Positions 12,396 to 24,816 of a stretch of DNA of 64,000 nucleotides are shown here, in pieces. The position numbers and the translations under genes are program-made. Every line of letters begins with the position of its first letter. Position 1 is the stretch's first letter. Origin of the DNA: Sminthopsis crassicaudata (taxonomy: Eukaryota); assembly GCF_048593235.1 (NCBI RefSeq), contig NC_133620.1, positions 346,595,765 through 346,659,764 on the forward strand. Reading direction: 5' to 3'. The notes beneath the pieces were generated by a model. That model did no database searches. It saw only the letters and a list, made by a program, of their open reading frames with translations, and was not told where the DNA came from.

Positions 12396-13091
12396 CTACT
12401 ATTATTCTCTGATAAGAAAAGGACTCAAAAATAAATAAATAAAAATTTGCAGCAGTTGAAAAAAAAGAAAACGACTCACATTTCACTAGAGGAAAAAGAG
12501 ATATTAGAACTGAAAGACATGATCACTCTAATTAATGCAGTAACTGATCCTTTCACTCTTGACAGAGTGAAAGTAGGCAAAGCCTATATTTTCAGACATG
12601 ACTATGTGTCAGTTTTTTAAGGCTGTACTTATTTGTTGGAAGAAAATTTTCAAGGAAAAAGAAAAGCTTCTCTGTGGGAGAAAGAGTCTTCACAAGGAAG
12701 TGGTAAGGATACTTTTTAAAACAAACATCAATAAAACATTTTAAAAATATTAGATATTGGAACAGGAATAGAGACCACACCCTAAGGTAAAAAAAAAAAA
12801 AAAACTCCCCACAGCACCAATCCACATCCAGTATATTATGAAAGCACCCACTTGCACTGGGAACTCAGTTTGAATTCTCCTACCTACAATTTTTTAATGT
12901 ATTCTTTTTTATTGTGAATTTAACAAACCCCAAATAAAATGAGCATTTTCACAAACAATTAAGAATAAAAGAAGAGTGTAGATGAAACTGTGGGTTTCTT
13001 ATTAGGTATAGTTTGTTTTTTTAATGCATAATAAATGCTATCCTATTTGTCTGTGATTATTTTTGGCTTTCCTTCTTTCTTAAGGTTTTTA

Positions 13092-13218
13092 GGGGCAGCT
13101 AGGGAGTAGAGTGGATAAAGGACCTGTCCTGGAGTCAGGAGGACCAGAATTCAAATGTGACCCAGACACCTGCTAACTATGTGGGCAAGTCACTTAATCC
13201 TGATTGTCTCCAAAAAAA
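13092..13218 (+). mobile_element. WSINE1-type short CORE-SINE (older copy)
   Basis: ggggcagctagg...gagtcaggaggaccagaattcaaat...ggcaagtcacttaatcc, then A-tail. Confidence 0.8.
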
Positions 13219-13314
13219 GATAGATTTTTTAAAAAATGACTTGGTGATGTGCTTTTCTTCCTTTTCTTTTTCTCTCTGTCCCAAAACAGGCTTTGTCAGA
13301 AGAAGCAGCTTGAT

Positions 13315-13490
13315 TTAGCATGTAGAAGACTAGTCTTTGAATCATAAAGATCAGTGTTCAAGTCCTGCCTCTGACACATATTGACCGTGTGATCTTGAGC
13401 TAGTCACCTGATTTCTGATTCTGAGACCAAAGGCCACAGATTTCTTTTGAATCAATCTCCACCCAAAGTGCTGCTTATACTGATAAAATC
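13315..13490 (+). mobile_element. MIR3/Mar3-type SINE
   Basis: CORE followed by an L3-like tail; similar copies near 32920-33120 and 37800-37985. Confidence 0.5.
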
Positions 13491-13601
13491 ATATTTTTCA
13501 ACCTCCTGCTTCCTCTTCCCATTCTTATCCCTCCATCAAAAGTAAATAAATCAATAAATTACCTAAATAGTTTTGGGTAGATAGTATATTATTCCCCCAT
13601 T

Positions 13602-13840
13602 TTGTTGCTGTTCAATTGTGTCTAACTCTTCATGACTTGAATTGGGGATTTCTTGACGAAGATACTAGAATAATTTGCCATTTCCTTCTCCAGCTCATTT
13701 TACAGATGAGGAGGTTAAGGCAAACAGGCTACAGTGACTTGCCCAAGGTCACACAGCCAGTAAGTGTCTGAGGCCAGATTTGAATTCACAAAAATGAATT
13801 TTTCTAACTTCTGGCCTGGCACTCTATCTGCTGCACCACC
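13602..13840 (-). mobile_element. Mar1-type CORE-SINE
   Basis: tttgccatttccttctccagctcattttacagatgagga...gtgacttgcccaaggtcacacagc. Confidence 0.85.
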
Positions 13841-14599
13841 AAATATCTATTTTACAGCTGAAGAAACTGAGGTCCAGAGAAATTAAGTAGTTTGGCTGAC
13901 TTCACATAAAGCAAAATGAGGGCTTGAACTTCAGATTTGAAAGTATGAGCATAAATTGGAATAGTCTCCTAGATATTCTACCATCCCACAGTTTATAGAT
14001 CTGTAGAACAATGCCCTTGGCTAGAGGCTGGCAATCTGTATCCTGGGAAGCTGAGTTGCTTCTATTTCCAAGCTGCTGGGTATCCTCCCCTACTGCTTGT
14101 ATGAAGCTTTTTATGCTGAGGATTCCCACGTAATCCTAGGGTTTCCAGTGAGAAGGGTAGCTGGACTGTAGCTCTTGGGAAGCAGAAGGGGAGGGATGGG
14201 AATTTCAGAGTGTGGGATCTGGGTAATAAAAGCAAGGGAGAGGAACCCTGGTAGAGTCCCAGGTGTGAAGCAGGCAGGGTGTGGGACCTCACATTCCTGG
14301 ATGGTTAGGACGCCACTGCTGATGATTATCATTATTATTCCAGCTCTGGTTTTCCCTGAGTCTTTTATCCCACAAGACCCTGCCTCTCTACCAGCGTCAC
14401 CAACCAATGCATCCTCCTAGGGTGGGGTAGGGCTGCTGGCTCCATGAGAACATTGTGTGATTGTGGGTTTCTCCCCCACTGAGCTCAGAGCACTTTATGG
14501 TATTGATCTCCATCCTAGCCCCAGGAACTTGGGAATCATCACAGGAAAACTGAGGCACAGAGTCAGTAAGCAGCTTGCCCAAGGGAAGACAGTAGAATT

Positions 14600-15280
14600 C
14601 TCCTATTTTCCTCCCCTATTCCTTACCAGGCTGTGCTTGCCCCCAGAGAGAGTGGTGAGCTAGAACCTTTCCTGGCTTGGAAAGGGGCCAAGGGAGGTGT
14701 GGATTGCAGGAAAAAGAACTGGGACCGAGCCAAGGGAGCCGAGTGGGTATCCTCCTTGCCAGGTGCTTCGGGCACCATGAGGTCAGGCTCTCAGTTTCAC
14801 ATCTACCAGGAAGGGGCTGCCAGGAGGGTGGGTCCTCCTCAATCCTCTGGAGGAGGAGAGGGGTAGGGGAAAAGGGAGGTGGCGGGAAGGGAGGGGGTAA
14901 CAGTGCTGACAAGTGAAAGCATCCCGTGTTCTGGCGTCAGAGGCCAGGCTCCGGAACCGAGGATCAGAGGAGCCCAGATCTCATAAAGATGGGCTGGGAG
15001 AAGGGGCACCAGGCCAGAGGGTGGCTCCTAGGAAGGGAAGGAAAGGTGTGTATGACTGTGTGCTGGGCTTCCAGTCAGTGCGTGTCCCTGCCTGCAGAGA
15101 CCAGATCAAAGCAAGACAGACAGACGGGAGGAACACCAGGGACTGTCTCGTGGCAGTATTACGTGTGTTTGGAGAAAGAAAAGGACTAGGGAGAGAAACA
15201 GAATCCCTGTGCCAGGAAGGGATTGCGGTCAGATAGCAGCAAACCCCAAACCATCACTCAGCAGGTCGCTATGAGGGCCC
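14600..15280. promoter_or_regulatory. GC/CpG-enriched promoter- or enhancer-like patch
   Basis: About 14 CpGs counted in 14720-15270 against a CpG-poor background. ETS core CCGGAA at 14951-14956, G-rich boxes at 14860-14897, no repeat homology. Confidence 0.5.
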
Positions 15281-15629
15281 CAGGCTCTGAGACTGGAGAT
15301 TCATTTTCCACTGGTTTAATCTAAACTAAGACAAATCTCATCCCCCTCAGGGCTTCTCTTATCTAAGGAAAAAGGGAAGGGAGGATGATAGGGAATTGGT
15401 CTTGTTAGAAAAGATCAGGACATTAAACAGGGCTGCAGGAATCCTATCTTAGGACTCTGGGCCCCAGGACAAATCCTCATTCCTTCATTGCTTCCCAGAA
15501 TCCCACTTTCACATTTGCCTTTGATGGAGAGATTCTCTAAGCACTATCTCAATCTACCCTTACATATATCCTTGCACACACACACACACAGATACACAAA
15601 ATCCCTTAGAGAAAATAGGGTCACTGAAG

Positions 15630-15782
15630 CAATTTTAAAAATTTTAATAGCATTTGATTTTTTCCAAATAAATGCAAAAATAGTTTTTCACATTCACCTT
15701 TGCAAAGGCTTGTGTTCCAAAATTTTCTCCTTTTCCTCCTCCCTCCTCAAGACAGGAAACAATTCGATATAGGTTAAACATA
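15630..15782 (-). mobile_element. L1 3' end fragment
   Basis: ttttccaaataaatgcaaaaatagttttcacattcacctttgcaaa...ccctcctcaagac. Confidence 0.7.
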
Positions 15783-16898
15783 GGAGTTTTTTGTTTTTTT
15801 TTAACTGCACAGAGAGCAGAAAGAGAGAAGTAGGCTCTGGAAGTTACATGTGAAACTTAAAATAATAATAAAAATAATGTATAGTATTTTAAGATTTAGA
15901 AGATAACCAACTTTGTAAGGAAGATATTAATATAATCTCCATTTTGCTAAGAAGGAAACATACACTGATAGAACTTAAGTGATCTGCCTGGAATATATAG
16001 AGCTTCTAAGTCAGAATTTGAACTTAGGTCTTCTTGACACCAAGTCCACAACTCTCTACATCTAGCTGCCTCTCTCATACAACATACAGGAAGAGTGAGC
16101 TGTAGATAACACATATTTGCAGTTTCATGCATAATCTTCTTTTTATGTTCTATTTTATATATAGAAATGCTCATTTTATTTGTTATCAAATTAGAATTAA
16201 AATGAAATATAAACAAATAAAAACAAACTACATGGAATTCTTTGTCATCACCAAGTCCCCACAGATCCAGTTCCTTTTCCTCTTTCCCTTATGGCCTGGT
16301 CTGCCAAAAGAATTGGAAGGGAATTAAGAAGCCCCCCAGGTTTATAGATGAGGAAGCTTAGGGTCAGAGAAGTGAAATAACTGGCCTGGGGTCACACAGT
16401 AGTAAGTGGGGCAGGATTGGAATCTAGATCTCCTGATTACAGATTCAAAACCCAACCACTGTACCACATTATTTTCTCTCTAGCCTGCATCCCTTTCTTT
16501 CTATTCTCATCAACCAATCAACAAACATTTATTATGCTCTTTCTCCTCCCCTGCTCTCCCTCCTTTCCTCCCTCCCTCTTTCCCTCTCTGTCTCTTTCTC
16601 TCTGTCTGCCTCTGTCTGTCTCTGTCTCTCTCTCTTCTCCCCGCTTTCTTTGTTTAAAAGAAACACTGTTTCTTCCACTTTCTTTCTCCTTTTCCCATTT
16701 GAACTTTTCTTGCTCAGGATCACACAGCTAGTATTTGTCAAATTTGAACTCAGGTCTTCCAGACTCTAGGCTGGCTTTATCCATTGTGCCAAAGCCAAAA
16801 AAAAAGAAGTCCAAGCTCCATACTATTTTGTCCTTTTTAAAAGGGCAGAGGCCGTAGCTCATATATTTTATCTTTTGTGGGCACCATGGACCCCACAC

Positions 16899-16901
<3 letters not shown>

Positions 16902-16945
<44 letters not shown>
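16902..16945. repeat. (GT)22 microsatellite
   Basis: Direct count. Confidence 0.98.
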
Positions 16946-16951
<6 letters not shown>

Positions 16952-17149
16952 TCGCGCACATTGGAGACTAAACATAGACCTTTAGCAGACAGACATTTTT
17001 AATGACTGTGAAGGGTAATGGCACCAAAATGCTCTGAATGGAAAATGACTCAAAAGAAGTGGCATAAAAACTGCTTGAATGGTACTTTAATGGATAGAAT
17101 ATCTCATCCTTTTGGAAGGCTGGATTATTACCTATATATGGTTTGTCAA

Positions 17150-18510
17150 GTAGCATTTATTAAGGACCTACTATGTGTCAGATTCTGAACAAAGTGCTGA
17201 GAATACAAAGAAAAGCAAAAATAGTTCCTGGTGTCAAGGAGCTAATGGAGGAGATGAGGTGCAACTATATCCAAAGACATGTGGAGAACAAATTGGAAAA
17301 CAACTCTGAAGGAAAGCACTAACATTATGGGGACTGGGAAAGGCTTTTTACAGAAGGTGTGGTTTTATCTGAGACTTGAAGGAGTCCAAGGAAGCTGAGA
17401 TGAGGAGAGAAAGAATTCCAAGCTTGGGAAGCAGCTGGTGAAAATGCCCTGAGTCAGGAAATGAAGTGTTTTGTGTAAGGAACAAGGAGGCCATTGTACC
17501 TGGCTCCCAGAGTACATGGAAAAGAGTCAAGTATAAGAAGAATAAGAAAGGCAGGAAGGGGCTGGGTCTGAAAGGATTCACAAACCAAACAGAATATTGT
17601 ATATTTGATCCTGAAGGGAGCCAATAGAGTTTCTTGAAGAGGGGGCTGACGACTGAGTAGAGAATATAATAGAGTAGGGAGAGATTTGAGTCAGGTAGAC
17701 CAGTAAGAAAGGAGGTGTATAGTAATCTAAGTGTGAAGAAAAGAGACCCTGTACCAAGGTGGGGGCAGTGCCAGAGCAGAGATGGAAGCATGTACAGGAG
17801 AGGTTATGGAGGTAAAATGTGCAGGTTTGAGCAACTGCTTTGATATATAGATGGGGATGAATGGGGGGAAGGAGAGAGAGAGACATAGGAAAAGATGAAG
17901 TGAAGAGAGAGAAAGAGAAAGGGGAAGAGAGAGAGAAAGAAGAGAAGAGAGAGACAAAGGAAGAAAAAAGAAAAAAGAATCATGTATTTGAAATTCAAGT
18001 CCTCTACAACTTTTTAAGATTAATTAATCATTAATCATTTATTAAGCACCTGCCATGTTCTAAATGCTGGGGATACAAAAGATTCTACCCTCAAAGTACT
18101 TTCAATCTAATTGGGGAGATAATAAACAAGCAAATATATATGAGAAAAATAGGAAATAACAGAGGGAATGTCCTGGAATTAAAAGGAGCTGGGAAAGGCT
18201 TCCTATAGAAGTTTTAGTTGGGATTTAATGAAGTCAAAGAGATAAGTAATCAGAGCAGAGGAGGAAAAGTGTTCCAGGCATAGAACATAATCAGAGAAAA
18301 GCTAGATCCTAGAAGTGGGATGTCACCAGAGGTGGAAAGAAGGAAACCATGGGGTTTACTGAGTAAGGAGGTGACATGATTAGACCTGCACTTTAGGAAA
18401 CTTTTCAGTGGCTGAATGCAGGATAGATTGGAGTTGACAGACCAGCAGGCTATTGTAATAATCCAGAGGCAAGGTGATAAGGTAAAGAGATGGCAGTGTT
18501 AGAAAAGAGA
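17150..18510 (-). mobile_element. L2 relics (two 3' pieces around a GA-rich tract at 17860-17980)
   Basis: Antisense L2 3' ends catttattaag(g/c)ac(c)tact at about 17155 and 18035, followed by typical L2 antisense body. Confidence 0.7.
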
Positions 18511-19728
18511 AGGGGGGTATTGGAGAGATCCCACCATTGTTCTTCATACCCTCGATATTCTTCCCAATTGGACCATTCCTCAATCCCAACTGTGTGCCTC
18601 CATCTCCTGCCTTGCTGCTTTTGCTCATTCTCCTCTGAATGCCCTTTCCCCTAGCCCTGCAGATCAAATCCTTCAAAATCCCATCAAATGCCATTTCCTC
18701 CATGGAATCCAGGTGTGTTGTGCCTCCCATATCATTCTGAATATCTCTTACTGTATTTGCAGTTTTTTGTATTATATTCTCCCCCATTTATAGATCTAAA
18801 GCAAAAAGAGACCTTGAAGGTGTCCAACCTCCATTATTATCCCTAACTTTCAGATGAGGAAAGAGAAGCAGACTTGCTTAGGATCACACAGCAGTGTCTG
18901 AACTGGATTTGAACTCAAGTATATGAGGATTTGAAGTTCAAGTCCACAACTTCAGAGAGAAATTGAATGTCCAACCAAAATCTCTTCCTTTGCTATATAA
19001 ATGCATTTATTTATATTTAATCCTCTCCACAGGAGTAAGGGGATGAATCTATCTTCATGGCCCTGAAAACAGCTTTCAATGACCCCTCAATCTTCTCTTG
19101 AGGGGTGTAATTGACCTCTTAAAGTTTTCACTGAGTCTATTTTGTGCTGATTATTTTTAGAAGAAAAATTAAAATGGGGAGACCAATATCCAGGTCCTTC
19201 TCAAATTCTGTTTTTAACTTAAGTTCTACTTACTCAAGGCTTCAATTATTACCTGGCGGATAATTCTTTTGATAGGAATATGACAAATCTCTTGAATGAC
19301 CAAAGGAGGCAGTTTGTCTGAAGGGTGGTATTAGGATTACTATTTAGGGTGTATTCACCACATAAAGGCTATTTTCCAATGTGACAATGAAATTGAGGGA
19401 AGTAAAGAAGGAGGTAAAGGGCTAGTGGTTAGAATTTTTTTTTTTCTATCTCCAAAATCTAACAATAATGGGCTTGTGTCACTGCCCCCACAACCCGACC
19501 CTTTTCTTATATTGGGCCTTCCTCTTGCAATATCAAACCTTCTTCTCCTTAGCTCATTTGAATTTTATTTGTCTTTTAAAGTCTGACCTAAGTTTCTTCT
19601 CCAAGATGCTTTCCCTAACTCCCAACCAAAACATATCATTCCTTTTTCTGAATCATAAAACCCTTTACATTTTAGGAATCACAAGGGAACAATATTTTGG
19701 AGGCAGCCCTCAGAGAAATCATCCAGCA

Positions 19729-19828
19729 CAATGGTTCTCAAAGCAGTGTATGAGGGATATCTCAAGGTCATTGAGACTTTCAGAGTTTTTTAAGGCCAAA
19801 ATTATTTTCATAATAATATTAAGACATT
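19729..19828 (+). mobile_element. Charlie1-type hAT 5' end fragment
   Basis: aatggttctcaaag...aaaattattttcataataatattaagaca; homologous to 48135-48240. Confidence 0.6.
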
Positions 19829-20864
19829 TTAATTTTGAATGACCTCTCTGCAGCCTTTGATAATGTCAATTATCCTCTTCTCTCTAGGTTTTTGGGACCC
19901 TATTCCCTTCAGATTCTCCTTCTCTTAGACTACTTTTGCCTTATCTGTAAAATGGGGATGATGATAGTACCCACCTCCCAGGCATTAATGTGAGGATCAA
20001 ATGAGATCATATTTGTAAAAGTACTTAGCAACATGCCTGGCACATAGGAGGAACTCTGTAAATATTAACTATTATCATTATTAAATCTTCAAAGACTATT
20101 TCATGTTATGGCTTGTAGCAACTTAATATCACCTGATAATCATTTATATTAAAAGTTAAAATTAATAACATTAACCTTTGTTTCAGGTTATTAACAGCAC
20201 TGCACAATTTGCCAAATGCAATTTAATACCCTTTTCTCCTTCAGTTCAATTTCTAGACCCAGTTCATTCTCCATCTTCAATGTTTGTGCAAGATTTCTTC
20301 ACACATTCACACCCACCCACAGGCACACAAACTAGCACTGTATGTTGCCCAGCTAATGCTTATCCCAGGTATCAAATTCAAACCATAACAAAGATTCCTG
20401 CAAGCAGCATATTGAGTTAACAAATCACTTATTAGCATTATATTTGTTTGGTTGTATTTTTATTTATTTTGTTAAATATTTCTCAACTATATTCTAATCT
20501 GGTTCATGGAGTATTTGTTTCAGAATACAGCCAAGCTTGTGTTTAATATTTTTGGCCTAGACAACAGATGTTCTTTATCCACTTGTTTTTTCCTGTATGG
20601 ATAGTTAAGCTTAATTCTTTTGAATGAATACAGATTTCATTCACATGGCTGCTAAGCAGTATAGTGAAAAGATTACTGAATTTGGAGTCAGGAAGATTTG
20701 AGCTACTCTTGTTCTGTGAGCAAGTCACTTAATGACTCTTTCAGTCTCAGTCTTTTCATCTGTAAAATGGAAATAAAAGCTGTTGTACCTACTTCATTAG
20801 ATTGTTGTAAGGTTCTGAGACAATGGATGTAAAAAGTGTTGAAAACTTTAAAAGCACCATATAA

Positions 20865-20996
20865 GGGGCAACTAGGTGGTGTAGTGGCTAGAGCACCAGC
20901 CCTGAAATCAGAAGGATGAGTTCAAGTCTGGAAACACTTTGTAGTTGTATGACCCTGGGCAAGTCATTTAACCCCAACTGCTTCAGAAAAGAAAAA
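20865..20996 (+). mobile_element. WSINE1-type SINE (older) with diverged TSD
   Basis: Typical head and CORE; flanks aaaagcaccatataa / aaaagtactatgtaa. Confidence 0.85.
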
Positions 20997-21264
20997 AAAG
21001 TACTATGTAAATGTCGTTATTATTGACTCCATCAATATAATATTATTAGTAAATAAGAACATTCAAAGAACATCATCCATAGGGAATTTCTCTTCTATTG
21101 GAACTCCACTAGATATTTTCTAAGCCAGTGGCAAACAGCTTTGTTAAGCACCCATCTTCCCACTAAATACTAATAGTCACAAGGCCAGACAAAAGTACCA
21201 ATTGTTGTATCTTTCAAGGATTCTTGTATTTTTTTATATACATGGGAAACACCTTGACCGAGAA

Positions 21265-21450
21265 AAACTTTTGTTTTCCATTTTAATAATTTTTATTGTA
21301 CCAAATACATGCAAAGATAGTTTTCAACATTCGCCTTTGCAAAACCTTGTGTTCTTCCCCCCCCCCCTTTCTTCTCCCTCCTTACCACAGACAGCAAGCA
21401 ATCCAATATAGGTGAAACATGTGCAATTCTTCTAAACATATTTTCATATT
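21265..21450 (-). mobile_element. L1 3' end fragment
   Basis: Homologous to 3740 and 15630. Confidence 0.75.
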
Positions 21451-22239
21451 TCTCATGCACAGAAAAGCTTCTAAAGTTGTGTTTTATTCTACGGAAACAA
21501 ATGCTTTTTTACAGTTGACATATAACAAGTTCAGAAGTGTTCTATGGACTCCAAAGTCAATTGTATGATAGAAAGATATAGTCTGCTACAGAATATCATT
21601 AAGTTTGCTTGTTCCTGTGCAGGATGGTCACAGTGGAAGGAGCATCATCTCAGGAGTTAAGAGGACTCAGATTCAAATCCCACTTCTGGCACTTGCTAGC
21701 TATAATGTGATCTTTAGCAAATCAAAAAAACAAACAAACAAACAAACAAAAAACTGATTTCCCAATTCCTTCTTCTATAAAATGAATGGCTAGATGGACT
21801 CTGAGCACCCCTTTAGGTTCTTGAACTCTTCTGAAACCGTCCAGGATACACCCTGTAACTGATTAGGTACTTCTCCCCTTTCCCCCACAACAATCCTTTG
21901 CCTATTTCCAGGTCTTTGCAGCAGTGCTTCTTCCATGTCTGCAATGTCCTCTTCATACCTCTATCCACCTTCTTTCACATGCTGCCTATGACCCAAGATC
22001 ATCCCTGGCCTCCAGAGTTGTTAGGCTTTCTCCTTTTTGGTATTGATTATAAATACACTTCATCTTTCAGTAACCATGTGTCATGTGGGTCATCCTTTTC
22101 CTGCTCTATGCATCCCCCATAGTGGCAAGGACCCTTTCATGTTTGCTTTTGTGACTTTTTCATCTAGCACAGCCCTGCCAACAGCAGACAATAAATATTA
22201 GACAAAATGCTCTTGAGATACATAAAGATTATTTTTTTA

Positions 22240-23597
22240 TTTATAAATAAATACATTTATTTATAAATCTACATATGGATACATGAATTTATCCATAGCT
22301 ATGTATACATCTATGTATCTATGATTCATCTATATATTTATCTCTATCTATCTAGCTATCTCTTTTTTTTTTATTCATTTTTCCAAATTATCCCGTCCCT
22401 CCCTCCACTCCCTCCCCCCGATGGCAGGTAATCCCATACATTTTATATGTGTTACAATATAACCTAGATACAATATATGTGTGTAAATACCATTTTCTTG
22501 TTGCACATTAATTATTAGCTTCCGAAGGTATAAGTAACCTGGGTAGATAGACAGTAGTGCTAACAATTTACATTCACTTCCCAGTGTTCCTTCTCTGGGT
22601 GTAGTTATTTCTGTCCATCATTGATCAACTGGAAGTGAGTTGGATCTTCTTTATGTTGAAGATTTCCACTTCCATTAGAATATATCCTCATACAGTATTG
22701 TTGTTGAAGTGTATAGTGATCTTCTGGTTCTGCTCATTTCACTCAGCAACAGTTGATTTAAGTCTCTCCAAGCCTCTCTGTATTCCTCCTGCTGGTCATT
22801 TCTTACAGAGCAATAATATTCCATAACCTTCATATACCACAATTTACCCAACCATTCTCCAATTGATGGACATCCATTCATCTTCCAGTTTCTAGCTACA
22901 ACAAAAAGAGCTGCCACAAACATTTTGGCACATAGAAGTCCCTTTCCACTCTTTAGTATTTCCTTGGGATATAATCCCAATAACAGCAATGCTGGGTCAA
23001 AGGGTATGCACAGTTTGACAACTTTTTGGGCATAGTTCCAAATTGCTCTCCAGAATGGCTGGATTCTTTCACAACTCCACCAACAATGTATCAGTGTCCC
23101 AGTTTTCCCACATCCCCTCCAACATTCATCATTATTTGTTCCTGTCATTTTAGCCAATCTGACAGGTGTGTAGTGGTATCTCAGAGTTGTCTTAATGTGC
23201 ATTTCTCTGATCAGTAGTGATTTGGAACACTCTTTCATATGAGTGGAAATAGTTTCAATTTCATCATCTGAGAATTGTCTGTTCATATCCCTTGACCATT
23301 TATCAATTGGAGAATGGTTTGGTTTCCTATAAATCAGGGTCAGTTCTCTATATATTTTGGAAATGAGACCTTTGTCAGAACCTTTACTTTTAAAAATATT
23401 TTCCCAATTTGTTACTTCCCTTCTAATCTTGTTTGCATTAGTATTGTTTGTACAGAAACTTTTTAGTTTGATGTAATCAAAATCTTCTATTTTGTGATCA
23501 ATAATGATCTCTAATTCTCCTCTGGTCATAAATTCCTTCCTCCTCCACAGGTCTGAGAGGTAGACTATTCTCTGTTCCTCTAATCTATTTATGATCT
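22240..23597 (-). mobile_element. Young 5'-truncated L1 with perfect 15-bp TSD
   Basis: TSD aagattattttttta at 22225-22239 and 23598-23612; poly(T) at about 22353-22362. Confidence 0.92.
22675..23595 (-). pseudogene. L1 ORF2p C-terminal third, stop-free but 5'-truncated
   Basis: 284-aa ORF with Cys-rich CWRGCGKTGTLIHCWWSC. The frame stays open upstream (IINRLEEQRIVYLSDLWRRKEF) up to the truncation point. Confidence 0.93.
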
Positions 23598-23916
23598 AAG
23601 ATTATTTTTTTACAAATATTTCATTATATATGCAAAAGTAGGCATTCAGGGAATGAATTATTCGTATTTCCTTTTCATCCCTTTTGGAATGTAATTTTTT
23701 TACAAGCCTTCAGTATCTTTCCCTCTTTTCTACTGTCTTGAGGACCATTCCTCAATGCCCTCAAAATCTTGTGGTCTCCAATCCAGCATCCCTCTGAGTG
23801 TTCAGTCCAACACATCAGTTCCTCCCACTTGTTTCCTTAAGTGTTATTTCTCCTTCCTGGGATAGCACATCAAGATGACACTGACTAATGACAAATGCTT
23901 TACTCTTAACTTTAAG

Positions 23917-24126
23917 CAAGGACTGGCACTCTACAGACTGTGGACCAAATCTGGCTTACCATATGTTTTTCTATGAACCTACAAACTAAGAATGGTTTTA
24001 AATTTTTTTTGTATTTAAAAATAAAAGTATTTTAAAAGAAAAAGAAAATGTAAAATAAACAAAAATTTAAATACAAAATGGATGGCAGGCTGTAGTTGGC
24101 CTGTGACTGAAGTTTGTCAATCCCTG
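23917..24126. mobile_element. MER58-like hAT-Charlie MITE
   Basis: Imperfect TIRs caaggactggca...tgtcaatccctg; internal ccaaatctggc...aactaagaatggtttt. Confidence 0.65.
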
Positions 24127-24449
24127 GTTGAAAGGATCAACTTTTCAAGAGTAAGATGGATCAAGCTTTTAGAGGATCATATGTTTTGATTGAGAAGAAT
24201 CCTGAAAGGTCATGTTGTCCAATCTCCTCATTTTACAGGGGAAAAAAATGAGGTGGAAAGAGAAGAGACTTGCTGGGGGTCACACAAAAAGTCATGGCAG
24301 ACCTGAGCTTTGAACAAAGCTTTTTAACTTCAAACCCAGGTCTTTTTTCATTTCCCTGGGCCAGAGCTTGAAGCAGTCATGGTTTGATAGGACCTGCCAC
24401 AGCTTGTGTTTGACTGGCTGAAGACTTTGGTCTTCAAGATGGGTCATTT

Positions 24450-24685
24450 CCAGGGACATGCTAGAGCCACCTCAAAACAATTTGAGAACTGATTGTTAAA
24501 TTTTCTGTGTATTTATACTCTGAAATCAGCAAATGCTACCAATCAAAGTTTGACTTTTTTTGTTTATTGTCTAGGGTTAAGTCGTGAAAAAAATTTTAAT
24601 AATGCATACTAAGTCAAAAAGTATGTCATTTATATTCCCCTCCACCAACACCAAAGTTGGTTGTTAAACATTTACCAGCACACTC
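24450..24685. mobile_element. hAT-Tip100-type non-autonomous DNA transposon relic
   Basis: Ends gttggttgttaaacatttaccagcacac, with internal tgattgttaaatttt...aaatcagcaaatgctac. Family from recall. Confidence 0.5.
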
Positions 24686-24816
24686 ACCCCTGGTCATTTC
24701 CATGCTATAATGAAGCACTGGAGCAGGACATCTATAAAATTATGTGTATATGTGTATATGTCCTCCACATAAACATGTGGTTATAAAGACATTAGTGTTA
24801 GAAATTAATCATATAT

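Noticed and set aside
14301-14420. Signal-peptide-like MVRTPLLMIIIIIPALVF micro-ORF
   Set aside because: The hydrophobic run comes from an (ATT)n low-complexity tract.
16417-17998. S/L/F- or E/R-rich ORFs
   Set aside because: Translations of CT/GA/GT microsatellites and L2 relics.
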